Source: Bdellovibrionales bacterium
Lineage (GTDB): Bacteria > Bdellovibrionota > Bdellovibrionia > Bdellovibrionales > UBA1609
NCBI GenBank assembly: GCA_965205945.1
Contig: CBDBIB010000002.1
Coordinates: 128,001 to 192,000, forward strand
Direction: 5' to 3'
Length of the DNA stretch: 64,000 bases
The notes under the pieces are model-generated. The model saw only the letters and a program-made list of their open reading frames with translations, was not told where the DNA came from and did no database searches. The position numbers and the translations under genes were made by a program. Below, one piece after another: positions 21,256 through 31,728 of the stretch. Numbering within the stretch: position 1 is the stretch's first letter; each line of letters starts with the position of its first letter.

Positions 21256-22839
21256 TTAACCTGTTAGGCTTTCTAATAAAGGGCCTGTTATTGTGATTAC
21301 AGCGGAAAGAGGTTTTGCACTTTTTTTCTCAAAAGGCCAGTGACTTGTATATTGCCCAACTTCTTTAGTTTTCTCACCAGGGTGCTGCACGGATAAGAAA
21401 AGAGTTTTTCCATCAGGAGAAAAAAAAGGTCCTGTAAACTCTGCATCAATAGGAGCTGAGGCTATTTTGATGACTTCACCTGCCTGTCTACCTTTTCTAG
21501 GAATAATAAAAAGGCCATTATGACCGAATTCCTTATAGTCAGTATTTCCAATATTTCCACCAGAAATATCGCTAGTTAGCCAAAGATTTCCATTTTTATC
21601 AAATGTTATATTATCAGGGCATGAAAAGTTAGACTTAGTGCCTCCTGCTTTAAAAGTCTTATGTCGAAATTTTAAACTGCCTTTTGTATGCTCTGAAATT
21701 TTTAAAATAGAACCGTGTAAGTTACCCTTGGATTTATTGTTAGTTAAACTAATAAAAACGTCTCCAGAAATAGGGTCAATATCAATATCTTCAGGGCGAT
21801 CAAGAGGTGTTCCATCCACTATTTTTGCTGCTTCTCTAGCTCTAATATAAACAGAAGTTTGGTCTTTAAACTTTTCTTGAAGTCTTTCATCAGAATTTAT
21901 ATCTAGAGATATCCACTTATTTTTTTCTAAGTTGGCAACATATAAGGTTCCCTCTTTTAAAGAATTTTTTTTAGAAGAAATAAACTTGTATAAACACTCA
22001 TTTTCAGAGTCATCACCACTATAAACAACGGGGAAGCCATCTTTTGTTAAAGCGACTGTTGCACATTCATGAGCAAAACGACCTAGAGGGATAATTTTTT
22101 CAGCAGATTTTTTTTTTGGATCTACTTCAACAACCCATCCATAGTTTTCAGGAGGTTGTGGATCTATAGAGGTCCAACCAAAATCTCTTTTATCTTTTTT
22201 TACCCTTCTTTTTCCTGATTTATAATATTTAGCTTCACCATAGAAATGACTATAGTTTTCCTCACAAGTTAAAATTGTGCCCCATGAAGTGTAGCCACCA
22301 GAACAGTTTGCAAGGCTTCCAAGTGCCATATTTTGTCCACGCACCTTATGGCTTAATGGAATTTGTGTAGACCCAGTAATTCTAAAGTTTAGGCTAGAAT
22401 CCTTAATAATACGCCATTTACCGTTTTTATTTTTTTTAACTTCAATAAAGCTTCCTCCAACTTGGTAACGCTCATGTTTTAAAAGTTTTTGTGTGAGCAT
22501 GAACTTTTTATTTCTTCCATGTAAAAGTAAAGGGTTTAAACTTTCATGATTTACCCAAAGGCCAAATTTCCCATGGGGAAAAGAGTAAAGATTTAAATAG
22601 TCATTATTTGTTCCAAAATATGTAAAAGGAGCGATCTTATCACCTTCTTTAATAAGAATTTCATAAGAAAGTCCTTCTGCTAGGTTTACTTTGTCTTGGG
22701 CTGTATTAAGATTAAGCCCGTTTATTTGTAAGTTTTCTTTTCTTCTAAGTTGTAAACAGCTAGGTATAATAGAAAGAGTAGAAGTTGCTCCTATAAATTT
22801 AAGAAAGTTTCGTCTAGACCAGATCATAAAAAGCTCCAA
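21256..22839 (-). CDS. phoX: PhoX-family alkaline phosphatase with Tat signal
   Basis: SRRNFLK Tat motif; NCSGG.T.WGT.LTCEEN, GRFAHE, DRPED, CPDN, AEFTGP, SVQHPGE. Confidence 0.9.
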   Translation of the reverse strand: MELFMIWSRRNFLKFIGATSTLSIIPSCLQLRRKENLQINGLNLNTAQDKVNLAEGLSYEILIKEGDKIAPFTYFGTNNDYLNLYSFPHGKFGLWVNHESLNPLLLHGRNKKFMLTQKLLKHERYQVGGSFIEVKKNKNGKWRIIKDSSLNFRITGSTQIPLSHKVRGQNMALGSLANCSGGYTSWGTILTCEENYSHFYGEAKYYKSGKRRVKKDKRDFGWTSIDPQPPENYGWVVEVDPKKKSAEKIIPLGRFAHECATVALTKDGFPVVYSGDDSENECLYKFISSKKNSLKEGTLYVANLEKNKWISLDINSDERLQEKFKDQTSVYIRAREAAKIVDGTPLDRPEDIDIDPISGDVFISLTNNKSKGNLHGSILKISEHTKGSLKFRHKTFKAGGTKSNFSCPDNITFDKNGNLWLTSDISGGNIGNTDYKEFGHNGLFIIPRKGRQAGEVIKIASAPIDAEFTGPFFSPDGKTLFLSVQHPGEKTKEVGQYTSHWPFEKKSAKPLSAVITITGPLLESLTG

Positions 22840-22967
22840 GCTTAAGGGGTAAGTGTATATTTAAGTGAAGATTTCAAAAAAAACCCATTTTTGTCACCTT
22901 AAAAAGACAAAATTTATTAAAAATACTTTTAAATAAGTTCAAAGCTAAGATATTTAGCCTTAAAACA

Positions 22968-22983
22968 TGGCAAACTCTTTGCT
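22968..22983 (+). promoter_or_regulatory. Sigma54 (-24/-12) promoter
   Basis: TGGCAAACTCTTTGCT has exact GG-N10-GC spacing. Palindrome TTTTGTC-N10-GACAAAA at 22889-22912 could be an upstream activator site. Confidence 0.7.
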
Positions 22984-22993
22984 ATATACTTAA

Positions 22994-23096
22994 TACTTAT
23001 TTAGACTCTTCCCCCCTTTTGTTTGAATAAGTGTAGGTGGAGCTATCCTATTTTTCTCCTCCTTACAAGTCGGCTGTTAAAAGCCGGCTTTTTTTT
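22994..23096 (+). ncRNA. Candidate ~100-nt small RNA with three hairpins
   Basis: Starts ~12 nt after the sigma54 GC. 14-bp stem with C-rich loop, a second GGAG/CUCC stem, then an intrinsic terminator; no ORF. Confidence 0.65.
23067..23096 (+). terminator. Rho-independent terminator
   Basis: AAGTCGGCT-gttaaa-AGCCGGCTT followed by a T run. Confidence 0.8.
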
Positions 23097-23474
23097 AATG
23101 AGATTTTACTAATTATGGTGGTACACACAGAAAGGTATAATATTGTGCCTTTTTTATTTCTAAAATAATAAGACACTATCTAATGCTTTTAATACTGAGC
23201 TTGAATATGCAAGTAATAAAGGTGGTGTAGCTTTTACAATATAGTTAGAGCGTATAATTTTTATTTACGAAAATATAATACTAAGAGTCTATTAAGAAAC
23301 AACTAAGTAACCCAAAATAAGTACTATCAACCAGCGTTTAGAAGAAAAGTTTATAAAAGTATTAATGCTGTGCTTATTATCTTAAGACAGAGCAGCTGTA
23401 GTTTTTTCACTTAAAAACCAACCCAGTTGTTGCTTTTCCTTTTTAGCAAATACTTTTAAAAGTTTTATAAAATT

Positions 23475-24203
23475 TTATTTTAAAAAATTTGATTTAAGTA
23501 TATTTAAATATCTACTAATGGTTTCTTTCATTCCTAAATCTAGACTTTCACAGATTAAAGCATGTCCAATTGAAATTTCTTTTATTTCAGGAATAAGTTT
23601 AAGAAGAGAGGAAATATTGTTAAGGTTTAAATCATGACCTGCATTAAGCTGTAATCCAGCGGTTAAAAGTTGATTAGCACAGTTTCGGTATTTTTTAAGA
23701 ATATTATTATTTTTATGGTTACAAGCAAACTCTTTAGTGTAAAGTTCAGCCCTATGTGCTCCAAATAGTTTTAGTGTTTTTGCATGTTCTAACATTATAG
23801 TGTCAGGCTCAACAAAGACAGAGACTCTAGTTATTGATGAGAGTTCTTTAATTGAAGATTTAAGTAGTTTAGATTCAGTTCTAATATCCCATCCAGCATT
23901 AGAAGTTAAAGTATTTGGAGGGTCTGGAACTAAAGTGCACTGTTGGGGTTTAATTTCTTTGATTAGACTGATGAACTCAGTGCTAGGGTAACCTTCAATA
24001 TTAAATTCTGTTTTAATTATGGACTTTAAGTCAAAAATGTCTTGTTTTTTAATGTGTCGCTCATCAGGTCTTGGATGAGCGGTGAGGCCATGGACTCCAA
24101 AGGATTCAATTTTTTGAGCCCAATTGATTAAATTAGGGTTGTTGCCGCCGCGTGCATTTCTAATGGTGGCAAGTTTGTTGATATTTACACTAAGTTTAGT
24201 CAT
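23475..24203 (-). CDS. pdxJ: Pyridoxine 5'-phosphate synthase
   Basis: LSVNINKLATIRNARG, HPRPDERHI, TLVPD, NAGHDLN, SIGHALI. Confidence 0.96.
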   Translation of the reverse strand: MTKLSVNINKLATIRNARGGNNPNLINWAQKIESFGVHGLTAHPRPDERHIKKQDIFDLKSIIKTEFNIEGYPSTEFISLIKEIKPQQCTLVPDPPNTLTSNAGWDIRTESKLLKSSIKELSSITRVSVFVEPDTIMLEHAKTLKLFGAHRAELYTKEFACNHKNNNILKKYRNCANQLLTAGLQLNAGHDLNLNNISSLLKLIPEIKEISIGHALICESLDLGMKETISRYLNILKSNFLK

Positions 24204-24270
24204 ACAAAGCCTTATTATATTATGTGAATTTTATTTAACAAAAATATAACTTGAAGTAAGCCTTTAGGGG

Positions 24271-24996
24271 TTGTTTTATATATATATGGTACAATGCAAA
24301 ATTTTATTAGTAGAAGATGAGGCAAGTCTGGCCCACTTGATGAGCATTCAATTAAAATCATGTGGATTTAAAGTTGAAATAGTTTCAAATGGTGAAGAGG
24401 CAAGAAAGTCTCTTGATTGTAACTTTTTTGATATAATTTTACTTGATTGGATGCTTCCAGAAGAAAATGGAGTTAATATTTTAAAGTGGCTTCGTAATTC
24501 AGAAAAATCTTATAGTAAAATCCCTGTAATTTTTGTAACAGCTTTAACCTCTCCTGGAAATATCATTCGTGCTCTAGAGCTAGGGGCTGATGATTATTTA
24601 ACAAAACCTTTTAATGAATCCATCTTAGTGGCAAGGATTAATGCTGTACTAAGAAGGGCTGATTTTAATAATAAAGGTGATAATTTAGAAAATAAAAATA
24701 AAGTCTTTAAGCTTGTAGATTTAAAGCTTGATCCAAAAACTTTTAAAGTGAGTCTTGGAAATGAAAAGTTAAATCTTACACGTTCTGAGTTTTTACTTTT
24801 AAAGAGTTTAATGAAAGAGCATGGTTGCGTACTTACAAGAGAGGACCTTATATCTAAAGTTCAAGGGGTTCAAGTTAATGTAACAGGTAGGACTATAGAC
24901 ACGCATATTTTTGGATTAAGAAAGAAGCTTAAAAACTACTCAGTATGTATAGAAACTGTTAGAGGAGTTGGTTATAGAATTAACCAGCCTGAATAG
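24271..24996 (+). CDS. OmpR/PhoB-family response regulator (PhoB-like)
   Basis: LLVEDE, LLDWMLP, GADDYLTKPF, RTIDTHI, IETVRGVGY. Confidence 0.9.
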   Translation: MFYIYMVQCKILLVEDEASLAHLMSIQLKSCGFKVEIVSNGEEARKSLDCNFFDIILLDWMLPEENGVNILKWLRNSEKSYSKIPVIFVTALTSPGNIIRALELGADDYLTKPFNESILVARINAVLRRADFNNKGDNLENKNKVFKLVDLKLDPKTFKVSLGNEKLNLTRSEFLLLKSLMKEHGCVLTREDLISKVQGVQVNVTGRTIDTHIFGLRKKLKNYSVCIETVRGVGYRINQPE

Positions 24997-25018
24997 ATTG
25001 AAAAAAGAAAGTAACTAA

Positions 25019-26431
25019 ATGAATAATTTTCCATTTAAGCTTTGGTATAGAATGACAGGCTGCTTTATACTTATGTCTATAGGCTTACATTTTTTATTTA
25101 ATGTTGTTCTAGATTTTATGAGGTTAACTCTTTTAGGGTTAGATTATTTGATTTTTTCTTTGGTTTCTTCTTTGATTTTTTCTTTGATCTGTTTTTCTTT
25201 ATTTTCGTTATATGCTATTCGTCCTTTAAATGAAGCTATTAAGTATTTAAAATTGTTGCTTAATCAACCTAAAACAGAAAATATTAGGGTTTCTAAGGGG
25301 GAATTTTTAAAAATTTTTAAATATGCTAAATGGAGAGAACTAGGGGAACTGGTTAAAAAGGTTGAAAGAAAATTACGTAGAAGAACAAAAGCCTTGTTGA
25401 GGGAAAAAACTGAATTAAGTGCTGTGATGAATTCTTTAGATTCGCCAACTATTTCAATTACTACTCAAATGGAGGTGGCGTTTTTAAATTCAGCTTTTGC
25501 AGTTTTATTTGAGATTTCTAATACTACCCTTAATCTTACTAAAGGTGCAAAAAAATTATCTAAGGTAATTAAAGAAGAAAAAATTAGGAATGTTTTAGAA
25601 CATGCTATTAAAAACAACGATTTTGAAAAAAAAATGGTTAGATTTGTATTAGGAGAACGTAAGAGGATTTTCTCTATTTTAATGTCACCTTTAAGAAGAG
25701 GAATCGACAATTCACTTTATGGTTTAGTGGCTTCATTTACTGATGAGACAGTAAAAATTGAGTTAGATCAAAAAAGAATAGCATTTGTAGCAAATGCGTC
25801 TCATGAATTAAGAACTCCAATTGCAGCCATCGCTACTTCTATAAGTCTTCTTAATAAAGTAAAGGACCTAGAAACTAAAGACCAAATTTTAGAGTCATTA
25901 AGTTTAAATTCAGATCGATTAGTCAGTCTTGCACAAGATTTATTAGATTTATCAAAACTTGAAGATGAAGGGGAAGCATTTAAAGTAGGAGAGCTTTATT
26001 TAAAAGATATAACCCTAGAGGTTTTAAGAGAGCTTATACATCCTAGGAAAGATTTAATTAAGGTTATATATTCTGTAGAGTATGGTTGTTTTGATGGAAG
26101 TAAGGTTAAGCAAGTTTTAACAAATCTTTTAAGAAATGCGTTGATTCATACTCCAGATGAAACAAAAGTTGAGGTTAAGTGGTATATGTCAGGTAAAGGT
26201 GAGCTATGTATTCAGGTTAAAGATTGGGGTACAGGCATTCCAGAAGTAGAGCAGGGTAGAATTTTTGAGAGATTTTATAGAATTGATAAGAGCCGCTCAA
26301 GAAAAAGTGGAGGCTCAGGAATAGGGCTTTCAATAGTAAAATATATAATGAGGCTTCATAGTGGGGAAGTAAAGTTGCTACCTTATAAACAAGGTAAAGG
26401 CGCTACATTTATTTGTACTTTCCCCCAGTAA
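25019..26431 (+). CDS. Sensor histidine kinase (PhoR-like)
   Basis: FVANASHELRTP H-box; N, G1, F and G2 boxes (RIFERFYRIDKSRSR..GGSGIGLSI); PAS-like region. Confidence 0.9.
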   Translation: MNNFPFKLWYRMTGCFILMSIGLHFLFNVVLDFMRLTLLGLDYLIFSLVSSLIFSLICFSLFSLYAIRPLNEAIKYLKLLLNQPKTENIRVSKGEFLKIFKYAKWRELGELVKKVERKLRRRTKALLREKTELSAVMNSLDSPTISITTQMEVAFLNSAFAVLFEISNTTLNLTKGAKKLSKVIKEEKIRNVLEHAIKNNDFEKKMVRFVLGERKRIFSILMSPLRRGIDNSLYGLVASFTDETVKIELDQKRIAFVANASHELRTPIAAIATSISLLNKVKDLETKDQILESLSLNSDRLVSLAQDLLDLSKLEDEGEAFKVGELYLKDITLEVLRELIHPRKDLIKVIYSVEYGCFDGSKVKQVLTNLLRNALIHTPDETKVEVKWYMSGKGELCIQVKDWGTGIPEVEQGRIFERFYRIDKSRSRKSGGSGIGLSIVKYIMRLHSGEVKLLPYKQGKGATFICTFPQ

Positions 26432-26478
26432 AACTTATATAGATTTAGTAAAAAAATATTTAAAAGTAACTATTTTTT

Positions 26479-27813
26479 TTAAGAACCTATATATTTAAGT
26501 CCAATAGTTGCTAAACTTAGGAATGAAAAGAATGAAAAGATATCTGTAATGGTGATTACAAAAACACCGCTACTTACAGCCGGGTCTTTTCCTAAGTTTT
26601 TTAAAATAATTGGAATAGTGGCCCCTAAGGTAGCTGCAATAAAAGAGTTGATAATCATTGAAATTCCTAAAACAATTCCAATAACGTATGTGCCCTTCCA
26701 AACATAGACCATAAGAGCTGCAGTAAAGCCTGTTGTGATACCTAAAAAAACACCAACAAGGATTTCCTTTAAAATAGCTTTAGAGTAACTGATGTAATTA
26801 AAATCTCCAGTGGCTAAACCTCTTGTGATAATTGTTAATGTTTGAACAGCAGTATTTCCGCCTAAGGCTGCAGAGATTGGCATTAAAATAGCTAAAAGAG
26901 TAAACTCTGCAAGGCTGGTTTCAAAAAGACTAATAACAAAACTTGCAATCCATGCAAGAAACAAATTAAAGATGAGCCATGGAACTCTATTTAAATAAGA
27001 AAGTTTGGCTTTCATGTTTACAGAGTCCATTTGTTGTAAACCTGCTTGTGCATAAATGTCTGCAGTAGCTTGATCCTCCATCTCATCAATTAAATCATCA
27101 ATAAGAATAATTCCTAAAATTTTAGTATTGTTATCTACAACAGGAAGAGCCACAAAACTTTCTCTTTTAACAATCTTAAGAGCCTGATTTATGTTATCAA
27201 TGGTTGTTACACTTATAACATCTTTATTTACAAGGTGATTCAAAGGTGTATTGTCAGAAGCTGTAGCAAGCTGTTTTAATGAGACCACTCCAATAAGTTT
27301 ATTACTACTTGTTATGCAGTATAAATAATAAATTAGAGATTCGCCGGCTTTTTTTTGAATAAGTTTAAGGGCTTTCTGGGCCGTAATGTCTACGGAGAGA
27401 GTGAAAAACTCAGTTTGCATTGCTCTGCCACAAGAGTGTTTAGGGTAGTTTAAATATTGTTTTAATTTTTTTTGCCGTTTAAGTTTTGGGATAATTTCAT
27501 TAGTAAGATCTTCACCAAGAATCTCTAAAAAATATGTGGTGTCATCTAACTCAGTTTGATCTAAGACTTGAATAAGTTCAGAGTCCTTAAGCTTTTTTAA
27601 AATTTCTAAAAGAGTGGCTTCGGGGAGATCTTTAAGGGATTCTAAAAATTGAGGGTGAGTTTTTAAAGATTCAAAACTATTATTAAAAAAATTCTCTGAT
27701 GAAAGCACAATCCATTGCCCAAGTTCTGTGCTGTTTAGTTCTAAAAACTCTTTTGAGTTTGCCGGAGGGGTGTCTAGTTTCTTTTTGAGAGATAAAGTGA
27801 AGTTTTTAAACAT
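26479..27813 (-). CDS. mgtE: Magnesium transporter MgtE
   Basis: CBS pair, R.PWL, GGNTAVQ, DPAVSSG..ITITD. Confidence 0.93.
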   Translation of the reverse strand: MFKNFTLSLKKKLDTPPANSKEFLELNSTELGQWIVLSSENFFNNSFESLKTHPQFLESLKDLPEATLLEILKKLKDSELIQVLDQTELDDTTYFLEILGEDLTNEIIPKLKRQKKLKQYLNYPKHSCGRAMQTEFFTLSVDITAQKALKLIQKKAGESLIYYLYCITSSNKLIGVVSLKQLATASDNTPLNHLVNKDVISVTTIDNINQALKIVKRESFVALPVVDNNTKILGIILIDDLIDEMEDQATADIYAQAGLQQMDSVNMKAKLSYLNRVPWLIFNLFLAWIASFVISLFETSLAEFTLLAILMPISAALGGNTAVQTLTIITRGLATGDFNYISYSKAILKEILVGVFLGITTGFTAALMVYVWKGTYVIGIVLGISMIINSFIAATLGATIPIILKNLGKDPAVSSGVFVITITDIFSFFSFLSLATIGLKYIGS

Positions 27814-27904
27814 AAACTGGTCCCTAATCTAAAATTGTTTGTAACTTTCCTACTACTTTAATATAAAATAGGGTTTTAAAAATTGGTAGTGCAGGAGAAA
27901 TATT

Positions 27905-28378
27905 ATGGAAAAGCATCCAATGACGATTGAGGGCAAGGCAAAGCTTGATGAAGAGTTAAAAGGTCTTCTTCAGGTAGAAAGGCCTACTATAATCAAAGCT
28001 ATTGAAACGGCTAGAGGTCATGGTGATTTAAGTGAAAATGCAGATTATGATGCTGCAAAAGAAAGACAAGGTTTTATTGAAGCTAGAATTGGTGAAATTC
28101 AAGCAAAATTAGCCATAGCTGAGGTTATAGACCCTAAACAGATTAAATCAGATAGGGTAGTTTTTGGAGCAACTGTAGATTTGCTAGACTTAGAGACTAA
28201 TGTGTCACTAACTTATAAGCTTGTAGGTGTTGATGAGGCAGATGTTAAATGTGGTTTAATTTCTGTATTTTCACCTCTTGGCAGAGCTCTTATTGGTAGG
28301 AAAAAAACTGATACAGTAGAATTTTCTTCTCCTAAGGGTGATAAAGAATATAAAATTGTTCATTTTGAGTTTAAATAG
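27905..28378 (+). CDS. greA: Transcription elongation factor GreA
   Basis: HGDLSENADYDAAKERQ, SPLGRALIG. Confidence 0.97.
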   Translation: MEKHPMTIEGKAKLDEELKGLLQVERPTIIKAIETARGHGDLSENADYDAAKERQGFIEARIGEIQAKLAIAEVIDPKQIKSDRVVFGATVDLLDLETNVSLTYKLVGVDEADVKCGLISVFSPLGRALIGRKKTDTVEFSSPKGDKEYKIVHFEFK

Positions 28379-28451
28379 GCCCCTTTAGGAGTTTAGTATT
28401 TTTAATCCCGTAAAGCCCTCATCTAGTAAAATAAAGTATATTGCTATAGGT

Positions 28452-30326
28452 ATGTTATTTTTTATAGCTTTAGTTATTTTTTTATTTTTTGGAATACAGG
28501 TTGTCTTTTCTTCTCAAAAAGTAAGTGGTTGGGTTAAAAGCGCAGTTACTAATTATGTGTTTAAGGGTTTTGAAAAAGAAAATATCAATATAGAATTTGA
28601 AAAAGCTCAATCAACAGTTTTAGGGTCTTTTTCTTACCCTTTAGGTATTAGGATTAAGAACTTAAAAATAGAGTTTAAAAAAGACTGTGATCTTTATGAG
28701 GGTAGTTTTAAGGTTGTAGTCTTGCCCCTTCATTTTATGACGGCGATACAAAAAAAAGTTGAATTAGGTTTAGTTAGAATCAGTGATGGCACTTTTAAAG
28801 TTATTAATATTTGCCCTCTTAAAGAGAGCGCAAAGACCTTTAAAGAAACATTTTTAACATCAAATGATGCTGAAGAAAAATTTATTAAAATAATTAAAAA
28901 AATATCTAACTTAGATCTTTCCATGCTTAAAGATGATTCAAATAAATTAAGATTTTTAGGGGTTTTAATGTATAATTTTAAGTTTTATTTTGGAATAGAG
29001 AAGGAGTTTTTTCTGGATAGATTTAAAATTTTATTCGGAACAGGGGAACTTGTTGCTGGTGGGGAATGGGCTTCAAAACTTATTTCTTCTGAAGGGATTT
29101 CTGAGGTTACAGGAAGTCTTAAAATTTCAGAGAAAACTATAAAAATGAAGACTAATTTTAAAGAAAAAGAAGGACGTCTTAGTGTACAAGCTTTTATTTT
29201 TAGAAAAAATAAAGATGAAATAAATGATTTGGCACGGTTTAATATAATCGTTAATGATTTTCCTTTAAGTATAGCCTCAAGGTTTAAAGAATTTAGCTTA
29301 GCAGGGCTTAATTTAAGAAAAACTTGGATCAATTTAGATTCCATAGTTAAGGTTTTTAGTGAGAAAATTTTTGTGAGTGTAAATGAGTTTAAAACTCATG
29401 GGGATTTTGGAGATTTAGAGCTTAAAGCTAATGGGCTTCAAGCTTTGTGGAGTAAGCATAAGAAGGATTTTAATTGGACTCAATCTAGAAAAGCAGAGAT
29501 TAAACTTAGTGATGTTTTTTTAGAGAAGATTATTTCAATAAGACCTAAGAAAAAAGTACAAGGTGTTTTAGGGGAATTTGGAAAATTTAATGCTTTTTTA
29601 ATTTTAGAAAATCTTAGTGAGTTAAAAGGTGATTTTGAAATGAAAGACTTTAGTATTTTATTTCGCTCTATGGGGAAATCAGCTTATCAAAATGCAAAAT
29701 ATGCTAGAGGAAAATTAGAATTTATTTTTAATAAGAAATTATTTTTTGTTTTAAATGAGATTGATTTAGTGGGTGGTGATTTTGAAGGGTTGATCGGATT
29801 AGAATATAGCTATGTAGATAAGAATTTATACGCTAAATTTGAAATTCCACATCTTAAACTAAACTCTACAATTTCTAAAGAGCTTTTTAAAATAAAATTT
29901 AAAGAAAAATTAGAAATTAATGGTCAAGGGCAAGTTTTAAAAAGTGTATTTACTGGAGGCAAATTAGGTGAGAAACAACACTTAGGAAATCTACGCTTTA
30001 TGTTAAAATCTTCAGCTGTGGATTTAGAAAAATGGGGCCTTTTAAACGTAATAATTAATTGTGCTCTTAATGGGTTAGAGCTTAAATGTAGGCTTGGAGC
30101 AAAAGAACTTAATTTATCAGAAAAATTTCTTAAAAAATCAAAGATTTTAAAAGATTCTTATAAAAAGGTAAAATCAGACAGCTTTTCATATAAAGAAGGT
30201 GTGCTCTTATTTAATTTAAAAAATCAAAATTCAAATTTATTTTTTCATTGGACTAAAGAAGAGGGGCTAAGTTTGTATCCAAATGGATATGATAAAGCAT
30301 CTATAAAAGCAAAAGATCTTGACTAA
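28452..30326 (+). CDS. Hypothetical protein, N-terminal membrane anchor and beta-rich body (possibly AsmA-like)
   Basis: 624-aa ORF with one N-terminal hydrophobic helix and alternating beta patterns; family assignment is tentative. Confidence 0.55.
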   Translation: MLFFIALVIFLFFGIQVVFSSQKVSGWVKSAVTNYVFKGFEKENINIEFEKAQSTVLGSFSYPLGIRIKNLKIEFKKDCDLYEGSFKVVVLPLHFMTAIQKKVELGLVRISDGTFKVINICPLKESAKTFKETFLTSNDAEEKFIKIIKKISNLDLSMLKDDSNKLRFLGVLMYNFKFYFGIEKEFFLDRFKILFGTGELVAGGEWASKLISSEGISEVTGSLKISEKTIKMKTNFKEKEGRLSVQAFIFRKNKDEINDLARFNIIVNDFPLSIASRFKEFSLAGLNLRKTWINLDSIVKVFSEKIFVSVNEFKTHGDFGDLELKANGLQALWSKHKKDFNWTQSRKAEIKLSDVFLEKIISIRPKKKVQGVLGEFGKFNAFLILENLSELKGDFEMKDFSILFRSMGKSAYQNAKYARGKLEFIFNKKLFFVLNEIDLVGGDFEGLIGLEYSYVDKNLYAKFEIPHLKLNSTISKELFKIKFKEKLEINGQGQVLKSVFTGGKLGEKQHLGNLRFMLKSSAVDLEKWGLLNVIINCALNGLELKCRLGAKELNLSEKFLKKSKILKDSYKKVKSDSFSYKEGVLLFNLKNQNSNLFFHWTKEEGLSLYPNGYDKASIKAKDLD

Positions 30327-30431
30327 GGGCTAAAAAGAAGTCTTAATCTTGCAGCACTATTCGTCTTGTTTTTAATAAAGATTTTAAATCTAACTGACAT
30401 GATTTAATTTTAGAATATACTTAATTTTATT

Positions 30432-31727
30432 ATGAAGTATGGGCTTGTTTTTTTATTTTTTATTTTAATATTTATTAAATCCGTACTTGCGTTTGCTAAT
30501 GCTCAGAGTGGGGCAGGAGTCTGTAGTCATGATTGCACTATAAAAAAAGTTTCAAACCTAAAAAGTATTCCAAGAAGTGATCTGGGTATTGGTATGAAAC
30601 GAGTACTCATTCATCTTTATGGAACTTGTGCTGTAAAAGACCCTTTAAATGGTAAGGGTCTTTATGTAGAAAATCTAACCCATGATAATTTCACATTAGT
30701 AGGGCCTGGTGTCCCTTTAGGGGATGGAGATAGGTATATTAAGGGGATTCCTAAGAGTTTTTCTAATCTAAGAGGTGTTGATAAAAGAATACATCCTTTA
30801 GGCCCCTATCAATCGGTAGCAAAGGGTGCAAAGGCTTGTACAAATAAAGTAAAAGTAAAAGGAGAAGAACTTGAACTATCAAAGGTTCATAAAATCTTTG
30901 GCTATGGGGCTGGAGGTAGACTGATTGATGGTGAATTTAATATTTTTTCTTGTGGAGCTAAGGGTTTTCATTCAAACATTAAAAAAAAGGATTTACCTCT
31001 TAGAAAAGCTTTAGATTGTGGCCTTGATGCGGACTCTTTACCAGCTATAACACTAGACTGTGCTGAGTTTATTGGAGCTGGTGCAATAGCGTCTTGTAAA
31101 AAGCTTCACCATGAGCAAACATTTAGTAAAAAGAAAAAATTTGGACCAAAAGGACAGATCCTGTTAGGTAAAAGTTTCTTATCAACAGGGAGTTTAACTG
31201 ATAGGAAGAATGAGTGCTTAAAACAGCCTTTAATAAGCCCTGCTAATCCAATCTCTAATGGTGACATATTTGTAATGGGAGGACATTCTATAGTGATCAC
31301 TGATGTTGAAGAGGATCCGTTTGGTATTCTTGGTACTCTTCAGGATAAAAAAGAGTGCCACTCTATTACCTCTGATGATTTAAATTTTTCTTTCGCTCAC
31401 AGTTCAAGCTCTAGAGAACTTGGACCTATTCAAACTACAGCAAAGTCATATTCTAATCTTATGATAGAGAGTGGATATTTTGAAACAGATGAACGGGGTT
31501 TAAAAAATGTTTTCCCATTAGATTCCATAGTTTTAATAGCAAGGAAATTATGTGAAGATACAAAAAGGGGTAAATTAAAACCAGCTCCATCAAAACAAAG
31601 TATTCAAGATCCAAAGGTAAGACAACTAAGGCATCAATCAGATAACAAGAAATGCTTTTATAAAAAGGGTGAATGTCCTAAATCAGTAGGCAGTGAATGC
31701 TCTAAAATGTGTGAAAAGGAAAATTAA
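30432..31727 (+). CDS. Secreted Cys-rich protein with possible NlpC/P60 (papain-like) catalytic motifs
   Basis: Signal peptide; LDCAEF ... GDIFVMGGHSIVI resembles the NlpC/P60 DC..GD..GH arrangement. Confidence 0.55.
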   Translation: MKYGLVFLFFILIFIKSVLAFANAQSGAGVCSHDCTIKKVSNLKSIPRSDLGIGMKRVLIHLYGTCAVKDPLNGKGLYVENLTHDNFTLVGPGVPLGDGDRYIKGIPKSFSNLRGVDKRIHPLGPYQSVAKGAKACTNKVKVKGEELELSKVHKIFGYGAGGRLIDGEFNIFSCGAKGFHSNIKKKDLPLRKALDCGLDADSLPAITLDCAEFIGAGAIASCKKLHHEQTFSKKKKFGPKGQILLGKSFLSTGSLTDRKNECLKQPLISPANPISNGDIFVMGGHSIVITDVEEDPFGILGTLQDKKECHSITSDDLNFSFAHSSSSRELGPIQTTAKSYSNLMIESGYFETDERGLKNVFPLDSIVLIARKLCEDTKRGKLKPAPSKQSIQDPKVRQLRHQSDNKKCFYKKGECPKSVGSECSKMCEKEN

Positions 31728-31728
31728 A

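Noticed and set aside
23100..23470. Possible pseudogene in the spacer before pdxJ
   Set aside because: No recognisable protein motif or repeat found by eye; a translated search would be needed.
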